DNA of 64,000 nucleotides from an uncultured Verrucomicrobiae bacterium (GTDB taxonomy: Bacteria > Verrucomicrobiota > Verrucomicrobiia > Limisphaerales > CAIMTB01), in contig CAWJDJ010000011.1 in NCBI GenBank assembly GCA_963841495.1, positions 589,518 through 653,517 on the forward strand, written 5' to 3'. Made by a program: the position numbers and the translations under genes. Below, in pieces: positions 1 through 13,558 of the stretch (positions are counted from its first letter, which is position 1; every line of letters begins with the position of its first letter). The notes beneath the pieces are model-generated. The model saw nothing but the letters and a program-made list of their open reading frames with translations, was not told the origin of the DNA and made no database searches.

Positions 1-2162
1 AAAGCGGACCCCCCTGCCGACCACGGGATGACGCCGTTGGCGATACGCCGAATCCCCGGTGGATCCGACGGCATGACCGAACCTGGCGGGACCGGTCCGG
101 CCGCCAGCGTCGCGAGCGTCGACAACCGCACATCAAATTCGTGGCCATTCGCCATGGGGGTGCGGTCTCCCTCGGCGGCGCCGAAGCGGTCCCCCGGTTT
201 CAAGCCCGTCTCTTCCGGTGAATGGAAGATCGGATGATCCGTCGCATCGGCAATCCAGGGGCCGAAATTCGCGGGATTTCCTTGGTTGTTCCATCCAAGC
301 GTCTCGAGACCGATCAGTTTCCAGCCCGGAAAACCGCACTCGCGCATCATGCCTCCGCGCCTGCCATCGGCGCTGTGCCAGGCCTCTCCACGCAACTCGG
401 GGGGCATCTGGTTGCCGGGGGCGTCGACCTTGCGGCATTCGAGGATCGTGCCTGTCCGGTCGTAGGTCACGCGCCAGAACAGGGTGTTCCCGCTCAGCAC
501 CATCACCCGGCCGCCCGCCGCGAGGTATTCCTCCAGGCCGCGGTACATCTCGATGGTCCAGTACTCGCTGTGGCCGTTGATGATGAAGACGCGATAGTGG
601 CGGAGTTGCCCCGGATCGCGGTGCAGATCCGAATCGGCAATCATGTCGTACCCGTACCCTTCTCGTTCGAGCCAGGTCTGGGTGAAGCGATCGGCACGGG
701 CCAGGTGACTGTAATCCGTGACATCGCCATACCTGAGGTAGGGATTGGCGGCCGGCCACGGCACCCGCAGGCCGACCTGGTAGGACCCCTGGCCCGCCGC
801 GTGGCCGCGATAGAAAGAGTAGGCTGGGGGATCTCCGGCCGCGTTCGGGAGGCCATCGGTTCCGCAGACCTGTCGCGGACCCGGGACTGGTGTGCCGAAC
901 GGCGCTGCATTGTAGGCCCGCCACGTGTGTGTCGCCGCAAGGAGAAGGATTGGGGCCGGTTGCCTGCGGGCACGTCGCTTCACGATGAACGTCGCGTGGT
1001 GCATATAAGCGCGCCCGTCCTGCTCCCATTCCAGGCGCAGCACGTACAGGCCCGAGGCGGTCTCGGCCGGGACCTTCCAGTCCAGAACAGGTTCCCACTC
1101 GCAGTCGTAGAGATCGTCGGACGCCAGGCGTAGCGCGTGGCCTCTCTCCGGATCCCGCGACGGTTCGTACTCGCCGAATCGGGGAATCGACGCATCGAAG
1201 GATGGACCGCCGATCATCCAGGTGCCCTGGTTGATGATGCGGCCGTGGCGCCGGTGCCCGGAATCATCGTCAACCCGATTGCCGGATTCCTCGTCGAACG
1301 GCCAGCAGGCGAGGACATCGGGGCCGGTCGCCGGTTGCAGTCCGCGTTGGGTGAAACGAACAGCCAGTTCTTCGCCCGAGAGACACCGGTCCCGCAGGAC
1401 GACCATTGCCAGGTCGCCGTCCAGCAGATACCCGGTTGCGCCGTTCTCTCCCATGGCGCCGAGGCGAATGGGGTGGGGTCCCGTCAGGAGCGGTCCTTCG
1501 AAATCCCATTGGCCCCACCGGACTCCGTCGATCCACACCTCCTTGACGCGCCCGTTCCATCGGGCGACGAGATGATGCCAGGTCGCGCGCCGGACCGCCC
1601 CGGCAGCCGTGCGATGGACCAGGGCCTCATCCTCGGAATGGCCGTCGCCCAGGTAGAATCCGATATAGCCGCCGTCGCCGATGCCCAGGGCCCAACCTTC
1701 GGAGGTCGTCTTGTCCTCCTGGCTGACCACGCCCATCAGGCGATCGACGCGCCACGGGCGCACCCACGCCTCGACCGTGAACGCCGAGGGTCCACGCTTC
1801 AGGCCCTTGTCGATATGGACATAGGAACCTGGACGGATGGGTTGCGGGCGATAGGGCAGCGACCCGAAGTCCTTTATCAGACGGTCCGACCCGGGGTCGT
1901 CCACGCGGTTCCCGAGACGATGCACAGAGGCGTGGCAAGGGAATTCCGAACTGATGTGAAATCGAAGGGTGCCCCCCGGGGCCACGCTCTCGCGGTCGGC
2001 ATAGGCGTGGACGCCGTGGACGGCGATCTCCCGGAGGCGTCCCCGCGCCGAGAGACGCGCCCCAACCGCGGAGATGGCCGCCGGAGCATCGGGGGGAGCG
2101 ACGGCGAGGAGACCGGCGGCCGCGAGACTTCGTTTGAGAAAGGCGCGTCTCGAAGGGTGCAT
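1..2162 (-). CDS. Partial (3' end off window) Tat-signal secreted protein with LamG/concanavalin-like domain and N,N-dimethylformamidase beta-subunit-like region
   Basis: Hand translation of the minus frame from ATG at 2162 gives MHPSRRAFLKRSLAAAGLLAVAPP (twin-arginine SRRxFLK). Further in-frame motifs: FTVEAWVRP, LACWPFDEESGNRVDDDSGHRRHG (LamG_3-like), YRVFIINGHSEYWTIEMY. The track does not list it because no stop codon lies inside the window. The frame was checked codon by codon at 1131-1199. Confidence 0.6.
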   Translation of the reverse strand, partial: MHPSRRAFLKRSLAAAGLLAVAPPDAPAAISAVGARLSARGRLREIAVHGVHAYADRESVAPGGTLRFHISSEFPCHASVHRLGNRVDDPGSDRLIKDFGSLPYRPQPIRPGSYVHIDKGLKRGPSAFTVEAWVRPWRVDRLMGVVSQEDKTTSEGWALGIGDGGYIGFYLGDGHSEDEALVHRTAAGAVRRATWHHLVARWNGRVKEVWIDGVRWGQWDFEGPLLTGPHPIRLGAMGENGATGYLLDGDLAMVVLRDRCLSGEELAVRFTQRGLQPATGPDVLACWPFDEESGNRVDDDSGHRRHGRIINQGTWMIGGPSFDASIPRFGEYEPSRDPERGHALRLASDDLYDCEWEPVLDWKVPAETASGLYVLRLEWEQDGRAYMHHATFIVKRRARRQPAPILLLAATHTWRAYNAAPFGTPVPGPRQVCGTDGLPNAAGDPPAYSFYRGHAAGQGSYQVGLRVPWPAANPYLRYGDVTDYSHLARADRFTQTWLEREGYGYDMIADSDLHRDPGQLRHYRVFIINGHSEYWTIEMYRGLEEYLAAGGRVMVLSGNTLFWRVTYDRTGTILECRKVDAPGNQMPPELRGEAWHSADGRRGGMMRECGFPGWKLIGLETLGWNNQGNPANFGPWIADATDHPIFHSPEETGLKPGDRFGAAEGDRTPMANGHEFDVRLSTLATLAAGPVPPGSVMPSDPPGIRRIANGVIPWSAGGSA

Positions 2163-2282
2163 GGCGGCAGGGTGATCCCGAATCCGCATCGACAGAACCG
2201 GAAAGTGAGCTGACGAGCAGCATCGGCGCCCTGCCGGCACTTGCAACCGGCCGCAATCCCGGCAACGATCTCCCCCTCAGCC

Positions 2283-2582
2283 ATGGAAACTGAAATCGCA
2301 GGAGACGTCGCCCGCGTCCGTGGCTTCGAACGGCTGTCCAGTGAGAACGGTCCACAACTCAAGGAACGAGTGGCTGAGTGTTTGAAGGCAGGCCAGCGAA
2401 TCATCGAAGTGGATTTTGCCGACGTGAGCTTTGTCGACAGTGAAGGGTTGGGGGCGCTGATCGCCATCCGTCGGGCCGCGACCCAGCATTCGGCGACCGT
2501 CCGGTTGCTTCATCCCAAGCCCCATGTCCTCCAGGTGTTCGATCTGGTCCAGTTCCGGCGGATCTTCGACATCGTGCAGTGA
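2283..2582 (+). CDS. STAS domain anti-sigma-factor antagonist (SpoIIAA-like)
   Basis: ORF 2241..2582; METEIAGD start at 2283. Motifs IIEVDFADVSFVDSEGLGALI are typical of STAS. Confidence 0.65.
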   Translation: METEIAGDVARVRGFERLSSENGPQLKERVAECLKAGQRIIEVDFADVSFVDSEGLGALIAIRRAATQHSATVRLLHPKPHVLQVFDLVQFRRIFDIVQ

Positions 2583-2675
2583 GGTGTCGCAGTGCTGCAG
2601 GAATGGCTTTTCACCAGGGGTCAACCCCGATAAGGAAACGGCGTGCCGGTCCAGAACCGCAGCGGGGAGGTGGTC

Positions 2676-5203
<2,528 letters not shown>

Positions 5204-5256
5204 CCCGCCACCCGCCGCCCACCACCGGGCTTGTCGATCCGAACTCCTGCGCCACA

Positions 5257-8200
5257 ATGGCTGGGTCGATCATGCGCCCAAGTCTCCGTCGCCCCGTCTC
5301 CGTATCCGCCGTCGTTCTTGCCGCGTCCCTCCTGAGCCTCCCCGCGGCTGTCCGCTCCCAGGACGCCCCCTCCGCCTCCGAATCGCGCGCCGGCACCGTG
5401 GACTTCCTGCGCGAGGTCCGCCCTGTGCTGGCCTCGCACTGCTTCAAGTGCCACGGGCCGGACGAGAAGAGTCGCAAGGCTGGTCTGAGGCTGGATCAGC
5501 GGGAGGGCGCGGTTCGACCGCTGAAATCGGGGGACATCGCCATCGTCCCCGGCAAGCCCGACGAATCCGAACTGGTGCGACGCATTTTTGCGAAGGAGGA
5601 CGACGAGCTCATGCCGCCGCCGTCCACACGGCATCCCCTCAGCAATCGGGAGAAGGACGACCTCAAGGCATGGATCGCCGAAGGCGCCAAGTACCAACCT
5701 CACTGGGCGTTTATCCCACCGGTTCGCCCTCCCCTGCCGGCGCTTCCCTCCTCCGGTCCTCCTCCGGCCAATCCGATTGACGCGTTCATCCTCGCGCGCG
5801 TGGAAAAGGAGGATCTCCAGCCGTCCCGGGAGGCGGATCGGATGACCCTGGTGAGACGTCTGAACCTGGATCTTATCGGACTTCCACCGACCCCCGAGGA
5901 GGCCGATGCCTTCGTTCACGACGATCGGCCGGATGCCTATGAGCGGCTGGTTGACCAGTTGCTCGCCTCAGAACACTACGGCGAGCGCTGGGCCCGACGC
6001 TGGATGGATCTTGCCCGTTACGCTGATACCAACGGTTACGAGAAGGATCGCGTCCGTTCCATCTGGCCATGGCGGGATTGGGTCGTGCGCGCCTTCAACC
6101 GCGACGAACCGTTCGACCAGTTCACGATCGAACAGATCGCCGGCGACATGCTGCCGCACGCGACTGTCGACCAAAGGATCGCCACCGGGTTTCACCGCAA
6201 CACCATGCTCAACGAGGAAGGCGGCATCGATCCGCTCGAGTATCGCTTTCACGCCCTCGTCGATCGGGTCAGTACCACCGCCACCACCTGGCTCGGCCTC
6301 ACCATGGGCTGCGCCCAGTGTCACACGCACAAGTTCGATCCCATCCAGCACCGCGAATACTACGCGTTCATGGCGTACCTCGATAACGCCGACGAACCGG
6401 TGATGGACATCCCCGACCAACACACCGCCGCGCGCCGCCGGGAAATCGAAACACAAATCGCCGCGCTCGAGGCGAAGCTCCCCGACCTTTTTCCACCCGC
6501 GGAACGGATCACCCTCCTCACCCCGGCACCGTCGGCCGTCACGAGCGACAGCGGCGCTCCGACGGAACGCCTCGCCGACGGTTCGTACCGATGGTCTGGA
6601 CCCGCGCCGGAAAAGGACACCTACACCTTCACCTTCGAGACAACCCAGACCAACATCGTGCTCCTCAACCTGGATGCCCTCGCCGATGACGCGCTTCCTC
6701 ACAAGGGACCCGGTCGCGCCGACAATGGCAACTTCGTCCTGAGCGAGATCACGGTGACCGAGGCGCCCCTTGAAGGATCCGCGCGGCCCATCCGCCTGAC
6801 CATCGCCTCGGCAACCGCGGATTTTGAGCAACCTGGCTTCGACGTGCGCCGCGCCTTCGACGGCAAGGAGAACACCGGGTGGGCCATCGCCGGCGATGGC
6901 GCATGGAACATCAACCGCCGTGCGACGTTTCGTTTCGCCGAGCCGGCTGGCTACCCGGAAGGCACCCGCTTCGTCGTCCGCCTGGTTCAGCATCTCGGAT
7001 CCCAGCACCTCCTCGGTCGACTCCGCCTCAGCCTGGGATCCGATGCGGCAGACCGTCGCACCCTGGAGGAGCGGCGCCGGGAACATTTCGAGGAACAGTT
7101 CCTCGCCTGGAAAAAGCAGGAGGCCGACAACGTCCGCCCCTGGAGCGTCCTGCGGCCGACCTCCGCGCAGAGCAAGGTCCCGGTGCTTACCGTCCAGCCC
7201 GACAATTCCGTCTTTGTCAGCAGTGACCAGACCAAGAGCGACATGTACGATCTGAAGTTCTCCACGGATCTCCGGGATATCACCGCGATCCGCCTGGAGG
7301 TTCTTCCGGATCCGCGTCTCCCCGGCGGCGGCCCCGGCCGTGTGTACTACGAGGGCGCACCGGGCGATTTCTTCCTCTCAACCTTCTCCGTCAGCGCGGA
7401 TGGCCAGCCAGTCAAAATCCGAGACAGCTCCGAAACCTTCGCCGGCGGCAGGAACACAACGGCCATGGCGATTGATGATGACCCCCAGTCCGGATGGTCC
7501 ATCGACGGCTCCCAGGGCCGACGCACCGTCGCGGTGTTCAACCTCGCCACCCCCGTCCATGATGCCCGCGATCTCGGCATCCGCCTGTTGTTCGAGAGAT
7601 ACTTCGCCGCCGGCCTCGGCCGCTTTCGCATCAGCGCAACGAGCGATCCCCGCCCCGCCCGCGCCCAGGAGCTTTCCGATGACCTTCAGCAGGTCCTCGT
7701 CTCCGGGCGTGTCCCGGACGCCGACGAGAAGCAGGCCCTCGTGAGGGCCTTCACGGCCATGGCCCCGGAGCTCGCGCCGGAGCGCGGGAAGATCGCCCAA
7801 CTTCGAAAGGAAATGCCGGCCTTCGTCACCACCCTCGTCCTGCAGGAACGGGTTCCCGGAAATCCCCGCGTCACCCGCGTTCACAACCGGGGGGAATTCC
7901 TTCAGCCCACGGAAGTCGTGCAACCGGCGCTCCCCTCCTTTCTCGCGGCCCTCGTGAAGAAGCAGCCTCGCAACCGGCTGGAGTTTGCGCGCTGGCTGGT
8001 CTCTCCCGCCAACCCGCTGACCGCCCGGGTGATCGTGAACCGCCGCTGGCAGGCGTTCTTCGGGCGCGGGCTCGTGCGCACCGTCCAGGACTTCGGCTAT
8101 CAGGGCGAACCTCCAACCCACCCCCAGCTGCTCGACTGGCTCGCCGTCGAGTTCGTGGACCAGGGATGGTCCATGAAGCGCCTCGATAAGCTGATCGTCA

Positions 8201-8892
8201 TGAGCCGAACCTACCGGCAATCGTCCAGCGCCACACCCGACCTCCTGGCCCGCGATCCCGAGAACCTCTGGCTTGCTCGCGGCCCACGATTTCGGGTCGA
8301 TGCCGAACTGGTCCGCGATGTCGCCTTGCGCGCCAGCGGTCTTCTTTCCTCGAAGATGGGCGGACCCAGCGTTTTTCCACCCCAACTCCCAAGCATCACC
8401 CGCGAGGGAACCTACGGTCCGCTCGAATGGAAGGTCAGCGCCGGCGAAGACCGCTACCGACGTGGGCTCTACACCTTCGCTAAACGCACGGCCCCGTATG
8501 CCACCTTCATCGCCTTTGACGCCCCCAGCGGCGAGGCCTGTGTCGCCCGGCGGGAGGTCTCCGATACTCCCCTCCAGGCCCTCACCCTCTTGAACGATGA
8601 GGTCTTTGTCGAAGCCGCCCAGGCCCTCGGCCGAAAGGCAACCGAGCTCCCAGGCGACGCGTCCGCCCGCGCCATCTTCATCTTCCGCCGGTGCCTCACC
8701 CGTTCCCCCGCGTCCGACGAACTGCAGCGAATCGTCGGCTTCTACCAACTCCAGCGGGAACGATTGGCGATTGGCGGCCTCGATGGTTCCACCATCGCGG
8801 GCGACGCCGGGAGCGATGTCGCCGAACGCGCGGCCTGGACCGCCGTCGCCCGGGCCCTTCTGAACCTCGACGAGACGATCACACGCGGCTGA
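5257..8892 (+). CDS. PSCyt1 (cytochrome c CxxCH) / DUF1549 / DUF1553 family protein
   Basis: ORF 5092..8892. Signal peptide after ATG 5257/5272 ([27 protein letters not shown]), CFKCH heme motif, DUF1549 and DUF1553 signature stretches. The upstream extension would overlap the previous gene. Confidence 0.8.
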   Translation: MAGSIMRPSLRRPVSVSAVVLAASLLSLPAAVRSQDAPSASESRAGTVDFLREVRPVLASHCFKCHGPDEKSRKAGLRLDQREGAVRPLKSGDIAIVPGKPDESELVRRIFAKEDDELMPPPSTRHPLSNREKDDLKAWIAEGAKYQPHWAFIPPVRPPLPALPSSGPPPANPIDAFILARVEKEDLQPSREADRMTLVRRLNLDLIGLPPTPEEADAFVHDDRPDAYERLVDQLLASEHYGERWARRWMDLARYADTNGYEKDRVRSIWPWRDWVVRAFNRDEPFDQFTIEQIAGDMLPHATVDQRIATGFHRNTMLNEEGGIDPLEYRFHALVDRVSTTATTWLGLTMGCAQCHTHKFDPIQHREYYAFMAYLDNADEPVMDIPDQHTAARRREIETQIAALEAKLPDLFPPAERITLLTPAPSAVTSDSGAPTERLADGSYRWSGPAPEKDTYTFTFETTQTNIVLLNLDALADDALPHKGPGRADNGNFVLSEITVTEAPLEGSARPIRLTIASATADFEQPGFDVRRAFDGKENTGWAIAGDGAWNINRRATFRFAEPAGYPEGTRFVVRLVQHLGSQHLLGRLRLSLGSDAADRRTLEERRREHFEEQFLAWKKQEADNVRPWSVLRPTSAQSKVPVLTVQPDNSVFVSSDQTKSDMYDLKFSTDLRDITAIRLEVLPDPRLPGGGPGRVYYEGAPGDFFLSTFSVSADGQPVKIRDSSETFAGGRNTTAMAIDDDPQSGWSIDGSQGRRTVAVFNLATPVHDARDLGIRLLFERYFAAGLGRFRISATSDPRPARAQELSDDLQQVLVSGRVPDADEKQALVRAFTAMAPELAPERGKIAQLRKEMPAFVTTLVLQERVPGNPRVTRVHNRGEFLQPTEVVQPALPSFLAALVKKQPRNRLEFARWLVSPANPLTARVIVNRRWQAFFGRGLVRTVQDFGYQGEPPTHPQLLDWLAVEFVDQGWSMKRLDKLIVMSRTYRQSSSATPDLLARDPENLWLARGPRFRVDAELVRDVALRASGLLSSKMGGPSVFPPQLPSITREGTYGPLEWKVSAGEDRYRRGLYTFAKRTAPYATFIAFDAPSGEACVARREVSDTPLQALTLLNDEVFVEAAQALGRKATELPGDASARAIFIFRRCLTRSPASDELQRIVGFYQLQRERLAIGGLDGSTIAGDAGSDVAERAAWTAVARALLNLDETITRG

Positions 8893-9198
8893 GGGATGCC
8901 GGTGTGGTGACCTGAGATCCCGTGGCTGAGGGGAGCGTTGGTCATCACGGCTCTCCGATGCGGCAGATCCGGGAGAGCCCATGGGTCCTTGTCCCGGTGG
9001 CAGGATCGCTACAGGGACCGAACGTGCGAAACCCGCGCTACGCGGATTCGATCAAGGAAATTCGCGTAACGAAGGCGGCGTCAACCAGGGCAGGTACTTA
9101 GATTGACGCGCCTCAAAGCGGGCGCCCAGGCTCGGTTGCGGACAACGGAGTCGACGCGCGCCGATGTACCGGCCGCTCGGGCGGCGCCGGGCCCGCGG

Positions 9199-9235
9199 AA
9201 AACGAGACGCCGCCCCTCGTCGAGCGGGGCGGCGT
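9199..9235 (-). terminator. Rho-independent terminator downstream of the DUF3276 gene
   Basis: 10-bp GC stem gacgccgcccc/ggggcggcgt with a 9-nt loop, followed on the minus strand by ctcgttttcc. Confidence 0.5.
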
Positions 9236-9273
9236 AACGCTCGGCCAACGCGCTGGAGCCAGGAACTCGCAGT

Positions 9274-9567
9274 TCAGGTGTCCGCGAGCTTGGCGGGGGT
9301 CTCCTTGTCCGACTGGATGAGCCCATCCAGAAGGCGCCGGAAATCCTCCAAGCCCGAGGCGGGGATGATCACGTGGTCCCGCCGGCCTCCGACGTCCTCC
9401 GTGATCCGCAGGAACCTCCCACGAGGATTCTCCTTCAGGCTCAAGATAAAAACCTTCCTCTCCACCTGGAACTTTTCGGACCGAATCGTTTCCTCGGGGG
9501 GCGGCGGATGAGGAACTCCGCTGTTACGATATCCGTTCGACGGATAGCGACGTTCGTGTGAAATCAT
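9274..9567 (-). CDS. DUF3276 / PUR-alpha-like nucleic-acid-binding protein
   Basis: 97 aa, ATG verified. KFQVERKVFILSLKENPRGRFLRITEDVGGRRDHVIIP resembles bacterial Pur-alpha repeats. Confidence 0.5.
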   Translation of the reverse strand: MISHERRYPSNGYRNSGVPHPPPPEETIRSEKFQVERKVFILSLKENPRGRFLRITEDVGGRRDHVIIPASGLEDFRRLLDGLIQSDKETPAKLADT

Positions 9568-9706
9568 ACCTCAGTTGGCAGAAACCCATCTCGCGACTTC
9601 GCCGTTGTTGACGAGCGCACCTGTTAGAGTTGAACCAGCCTCCGGTTTGTCAACCCCGGCGCACAGAGACCGCTCGTGAAATCCTTCTCCTCGCCGCGCG
9701 CCCCGT

Positions 9707-10279
9707 CTAGATCCGCAGGCGCGTGCGAGGAAAGAGTCGCGATCCCGTGCTGCTCGCGGAGGTTTCCTGGAGGAAATAAAGGACCACGCCCGTGAGCGAA
9801 ATGACGTGGGCGACCACCGTCACTCCCTGCCAGATCGCAAGGGAACGCTCGGCCCGCCTTTGAACGGGCGTGATCGCCTGCACCTGCACGTGCCGGTTCG
9901 GGCCAAGGTACGACTGGATGTTCAGCGCCCGCGTCTTCGGTCCGAGGTACAGCCGGCCGAAGCTCCCCAATGCCAAGAGCGCCACCAGGAGAAACAGCAA
10001 CCGCCGGTCCAACGGCCGCCCCGAATACAGCCACTCCGCCAGCGCGTGGACCAGCGCCACGCTCGCGCACACCACCTGGAAAAAATGGAACCGCTGAAGG
10101 ACCAGCATCCCCGTCTCCCCCGCGTGAAGAGGCCCAAGCAATCGAAGGACATCGGCCCGCCCGAAAAGCGGGTCCACCGCGAAGACGAAGAACACGGTGC
10201 CGCCGAGCCAGACCGCCGCGGTGCCCAGGCCCGCAAGGCGCAAGAACGTGATCACCGTGATCACTCTAAAAAGCCGCAT
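9707..10279 (-). CDS. Hypothetical integral membrane protein (about 4 TM helices)
   Basis: ORF 9707..10639; internal ATG at 10279 (MRLFRVITVITFLRLAGL). Hydrophobic segments are present; the N-terminal extension is Arg/Pro-rich junk. Confidence 0.45.
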   Translation of the reverse strand: MRLFRVITVITFLRLAGLGTAAVWLGGTVFFVFAVDPLFGRADVLRLLGPLHAGETGMLVLQRFHFFQVVCASVALVHALAEWLYSGRPLDRRLLFLLVALLALGSFGRLYLGPKTRALNIQSYLGPNRHVQVQAITPVQRRAERSLAIWQGVTVVAHVISLTGVVLYFLQETSASSTGSRLFPRTRLRI

Positions 10280-10344
10280 GGAACCAAGCCAAGCCCCGAT
10301 TCGCGGCAGGCGATGCCGGCCCGCGGTCGGCTGGCGACGGCCGA

Positions 10345-10956
10345 TCAGGCCCTCCGATCCAATCGCCGACCCTCTTCCCTCTTCTTCGCCTGTTCCTGAA
10401 GGGCCTCCTTCGTTTCGGCCATCAGGGCGTCCAATTCGGCCTTGAGCTCGGACTTCACATCGCGGGTCATGCGATCGATGAAGAGAATGCCATTGAGATG
10501 ATCCACCTCGTGTTGGATGGCCTTCGCCAGGAGTCCCCCGCAGCGAAACTCGAGTCGACGGCCGTCGAGGCCGGTGGCGCGAACCTCGACACCCTCCGGG
10601 CGGCGGATCTCGGCAAAGATCTCCGGAAAGCTCAGGCATCCCTCCGGACCCACGACCGTCTCCCCGATCGGGTGAATCTCCGGATTGATCAGCACCAGCG
10701 GCATGAATGCCGCCACATCCGCGGGCTCGTCCCCCAGGAACAGGGTCGATGGCCGATCCTCAATTCCCCGCACATCCAGAACCGTCAATTGAAGGGCGTG
10801 TCCCACCTGCTGAGCCGCGAGTCCGATCCCGTGCGCCGCATACATCGTGTCCATCATGTCGCTCGCCAACTGGCGGACATCGCCCGTCAACGCCTCGATG
10901 CGGGCGCCCTTCTGTCGAAGCGCGGGGTGTCCATAGCGGACAATGGGCAGCACCAT
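10345..10956 (-). CDS. def: Peptide deformylase
   Basis: GIGLAAQQVG, EGCLSFP and HEVDHLNG catalytic motifs. Confidence 0.9.
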   Translation of the reverse strand: MVLPIVRYGHPALRQKGARIEALTGDVRQLASDMMDTMYAAHGIGLAAQQVGHALQLTVLDVRGIEDRPSTLFLGDEPADVAAFMPLVLINPEIHPIGETVVGPEGCLSFPEIFAEIRRPEGVEVRATGLDGRRLEFRCGGLLAKAIQHEVDHLNGILFIDRMTRDVKSELKAELDALMAETKEALQEQAKKREEGRRLDRRA

Positions 10957-11037
10957 GATCCGGAAAAACGGTGAGGGTCGGCGTCGCTCGCGAGGGGTTG
11001 CGGTGGCGCGGTGTGGCTGCGTCGATCGGGCGGCGGC

Positions 11038-12159
11038 TCAGGCCGACGGCCAACTTCGCATCAGGTCGCTGACGTCCCGCACGGACGGACTCCGGCCCGT
11101 GCGGACGTAGAATCCGCTCGCGCTCACCCCACACAGCAGCGCCTGGCCATTCGTCAGTCCCAGCATCTTCGCAAGGACAAAGCCCGAATTGAAATGATCC
11201 CCCGCGCCCGTCGTGAGGAGCGGCTTTGCGACGTAGGGCCCGTCCACATCGTCGACCGGCCCCCCGCTGCACGCCAGCGCGTGCCGGGTGGGATGGACGA
11301 CCACGGTGTTGATCGGAACGGCCTTCCGAATGGCGGCAGTCAGCGACTGCAGATCGACCCGGCTGTGGTGGTACCCGCTCAGGCCCAGGACCTCGGCCAC
11401 TTCGAACGCCTCCTTCTCGTTCAAACCCAGGATGCATTCATAATGCTTCTGAAAGGCGATGATCAGTTCGACGGCACGCTGGCGCTCGATCAGCGGCCGC
11501 TTCTCCGGGTCCGCGAGATCAAAGAACATCCAGCGCCCGGTCCCCCCCAGGCGGGGACAAATCTCGCGTTGCATCGCCTCCCAGATGTCACTCATGCACG
11601 GAAGCATCGTCCAATTCACGAACCCGAGCAGCGAGGCCTCGTTCATGTGGCGCTCCACCAATCCCCGCTTTCCATGGCGGTTGATATTCTCCCAGCTCAC
11701 CTCGGCCAGCGGGAACATCTTTCCCAGGAGCACCTTTCCATCCTCGAATTCCAAGGCGTCCGTGCGTCCCGGATCCGCAATGGTATGGACCTCGGCGTGC
11801 TTCGCCAGCTCCTCGAACACCGGGTGCATCGTCGGATACCCAAGCGCCCCAAGGTACGTCACCCGCACGCCAAAAGCCGCCAGGGCGTTGGCCATGATGG
11901 GACCGTTCCCCCCCAGCTTCGTCCGTTTCGTCACCAACTCGACGTTGGTGCTCCGGCCCGCCGCCGCCGCCAGCCGCTCCGCCAGCGCCCCAATCGTCGG
12001 GATGCGCGAGTACGCCTGCGCGTCCTGGCGCTCATCGACCACCTCGATGATCTCGTCGACGAAACCATCGAGACCCAAAAAGGCCGAAAGGTGCGGGATC
12101 CGGTCAGCCGCGGCCTCAAGGGCCGCCGCACAGGACTCGCGGAACTGCGTTGTGTTCAT
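11038..12159 (-). CDS. PfkB-family carbohydrate/nucleoside kinase
   Basis: ORF 11038..12177 starts at TTG; first ATG at 12159. TTGAGDHFNSGF matches the ribokinase/pfkB motif. Confidence 0.6.
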   Translation of the reverse strand: MNTTQFRESCAAALEAAADRIPHLSAFLGLDGFVDEIIEVVDERQDAQAYSRIPTIGALAERLAAAAGRSTNVELVTKRTKLGGNGPIMANALAAFGVRVTYLGALGYPTMHPVFEELAKHAEVHTIADPGRTDALEFEDGKVLLGKMFPLAEVSWENINRHGKRGLVERHMNEASLLGFVNWTMLPCMSDIWEAMQREICPRLGGTGRWMFFDLADPEKRPLIERQRAVELIIAFQKHYECILGLNEKEAFEVAEVLGLSGYHHSRVDLQSLTAAIRKAVPINTVVVHPTRHALACSGGPVDDVDGPYVAKPLLTTGAGDHFNSGFVLAKMLGLTNGQALLCGVSASGFYVRTGRSPSVRDVSDLMRSWPSA

Positions 12160-12195
12160 CGGTTGATCAGGATCCAAATCCGCGCCGGTTCTTGT

Positions 12196-13134
12196 CTATT
12201 CGAGACGCACCCCGACGATCTCCAGAACCCTTTCCAGTTCGGCGTCCGAGAAGAATCGGATGTCGATCTGGCCGCGACCCTGCCGGTAGCGCACCGTCAC
12301 CCGCGTGCCCAACCGCTGCCGAAGCTGGTCTTCGACCGCCATGACGTGCGGGTCGCGCGCGGCCGCGCCCGGACTTCGCGACCCGGATGGCGTGGGGTCC
12401 GGAACCGGAACCGCTGGCAGGCGGGCCACGAGTTCCTCCGTCTCCCGCACACTCAGCGTGCCGCGCATCACGCGTTCGGCCGCTTCCAACTGCAAGGCTG
12501 GCGTGCCCAGTCCAAGGATCACCTTGGCGTGGCCCGCGGACAACCGTCGCTCGCGCACCGCCCCCTGGACCTGCGCCGGCAGCTTCAGCAATCGCAGCGC
12601 GTTTGCCACGACAACCCGGCTTCGTCCCACCCTCGATGCAACCCCTTCCTGGGTCAGATGAAACCGGTCGATCAGTTCCGAGTACCCCTGGGCCTCGTCC
12701 ATCGGATTGAGGTCCTCGCGCTGGAGATTCTCGACGAGCATGCATTCCAGCGCCGTTGCATCCTCCGCCTGTCGGACCAGCACCGGCACCTCCGTGAGTC
12801 CTGCCATTTGCGCCGCGCGCCAGCGCCGCTCACCCGCGATCAACTCCAGGCCCTCCCCCTTGGGACGGACCACCAGCGGCTGCAGGATTCCCTGCTCCCG
12901 GATCGAATCGGACAACTCCTTCAGGCCCGCTTCCGGAAATTCCCGGCGCGGTTGGAGCGAGGAGGGCTTGATCCGCCCCACGGGCACCCACTCGACTGCA
13001 ACCCCCCCAGCTTCCCCGGATGGCGTGGTCCACGCCTTGGACGGCTCCGGCGATTCACCGACAGGCGGCGGCGTTCCGGACGGTTTCCCGCCCAGGAGCG
13101 CCGACAGACCGCGACCTAACGCCGGTTTCGACAT
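12196..13134 (-). CDS. parB: Chromosome partitioning protein ParB/Spo0J
   Basis: MSKPALGRGLSALL start (ATG verified at 13134), GERRWRAAQMAGL ParB box, HTH. The longer track ORF (to 13482) is an upstream extension. No parA is adjacent. Confidence 0.8.
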   Translation of the reverse strand: MSKPALGRGLSALLGGKPSGTPPPVGESPEPSKAWTTPSGEAGGVAVEWVPVGRIKPSSLQPRREFPEAGLKELSDSIREQGILQPLVVRPKGEGLELIAGERRWRAAQMAGLTEVPVLVRQAEDATALECMLVENLQREDLNPMDEAQGYSELIDRFHLTQEGVASRVGRSRVVVANALRLLKLPAQVQGAVRERRLSAGHAKVILGLGTPALQLEAAERVMRGTLSVRETEELVARLPAVPVPDPTPSGSRSPGAAARDPHVMAVEDQLRQRLGTRVTVRYRQGRGQIDIRFFSDAELERVLEIVGVRLE

Positions 13135-13558
13135 TGAATTCGGCACTCTCCCGAACCTGGATGGCAGTGTCAAACCACGCGGTGTCGATGAGGCGCGTGG
13201 GCTTCGCTCCCGGCCGAAGTAGGGGTACGGAGCAGCGCCGGACGCCCAACCTCCGCATCCAACCCACCCGATCGACCGTGGCTCCGCGACGGGTTCCCCC
13301 TCTTCCATCCATTCCCGGGCGCCGATGCCCCGGCCAACCTCGACGGTGGCTCCGCGATCCGACAACGCCCCGGTGGCGCGCCCGGGCACAAACGTTTGGG
13401 CGGGCGTGCTCGCTTCACCGGGCGAAGCGATGGCACGGCACGCATGACGAAACATTTCTTTACTTTCTCCTTGCTCCTGCATTGCCAGGGCCTATTCACT
13501 GACTTACGAAGGTCACCAAGGAGGCCTTCGGATCAAACATCAGGGTAAGGAGAAATCC

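Noticed and set aside
5968-8982. Long minus-strand ORFs 5968..7086 and 7378..8982
   Set aside because: Antisense to the PSCyt/DUF1549/DUF1553 gene; composition typical of GC-driven spurious ORFs.
8893-9198. 306-nt noncoding stretch after the DUF1553 gene, considered as a possible ncRNA
   Set aside because: No recognisable conserved ncRNA motif by eye. The only clear structure is the terminator hairpin of the convergent DUF3276 gene.
11011-13119. 702-aa plus-strand ORF
   Set aside because: Antisense to pfkB and parB; extremely Arg/His/Pro-rich and not protein-like.
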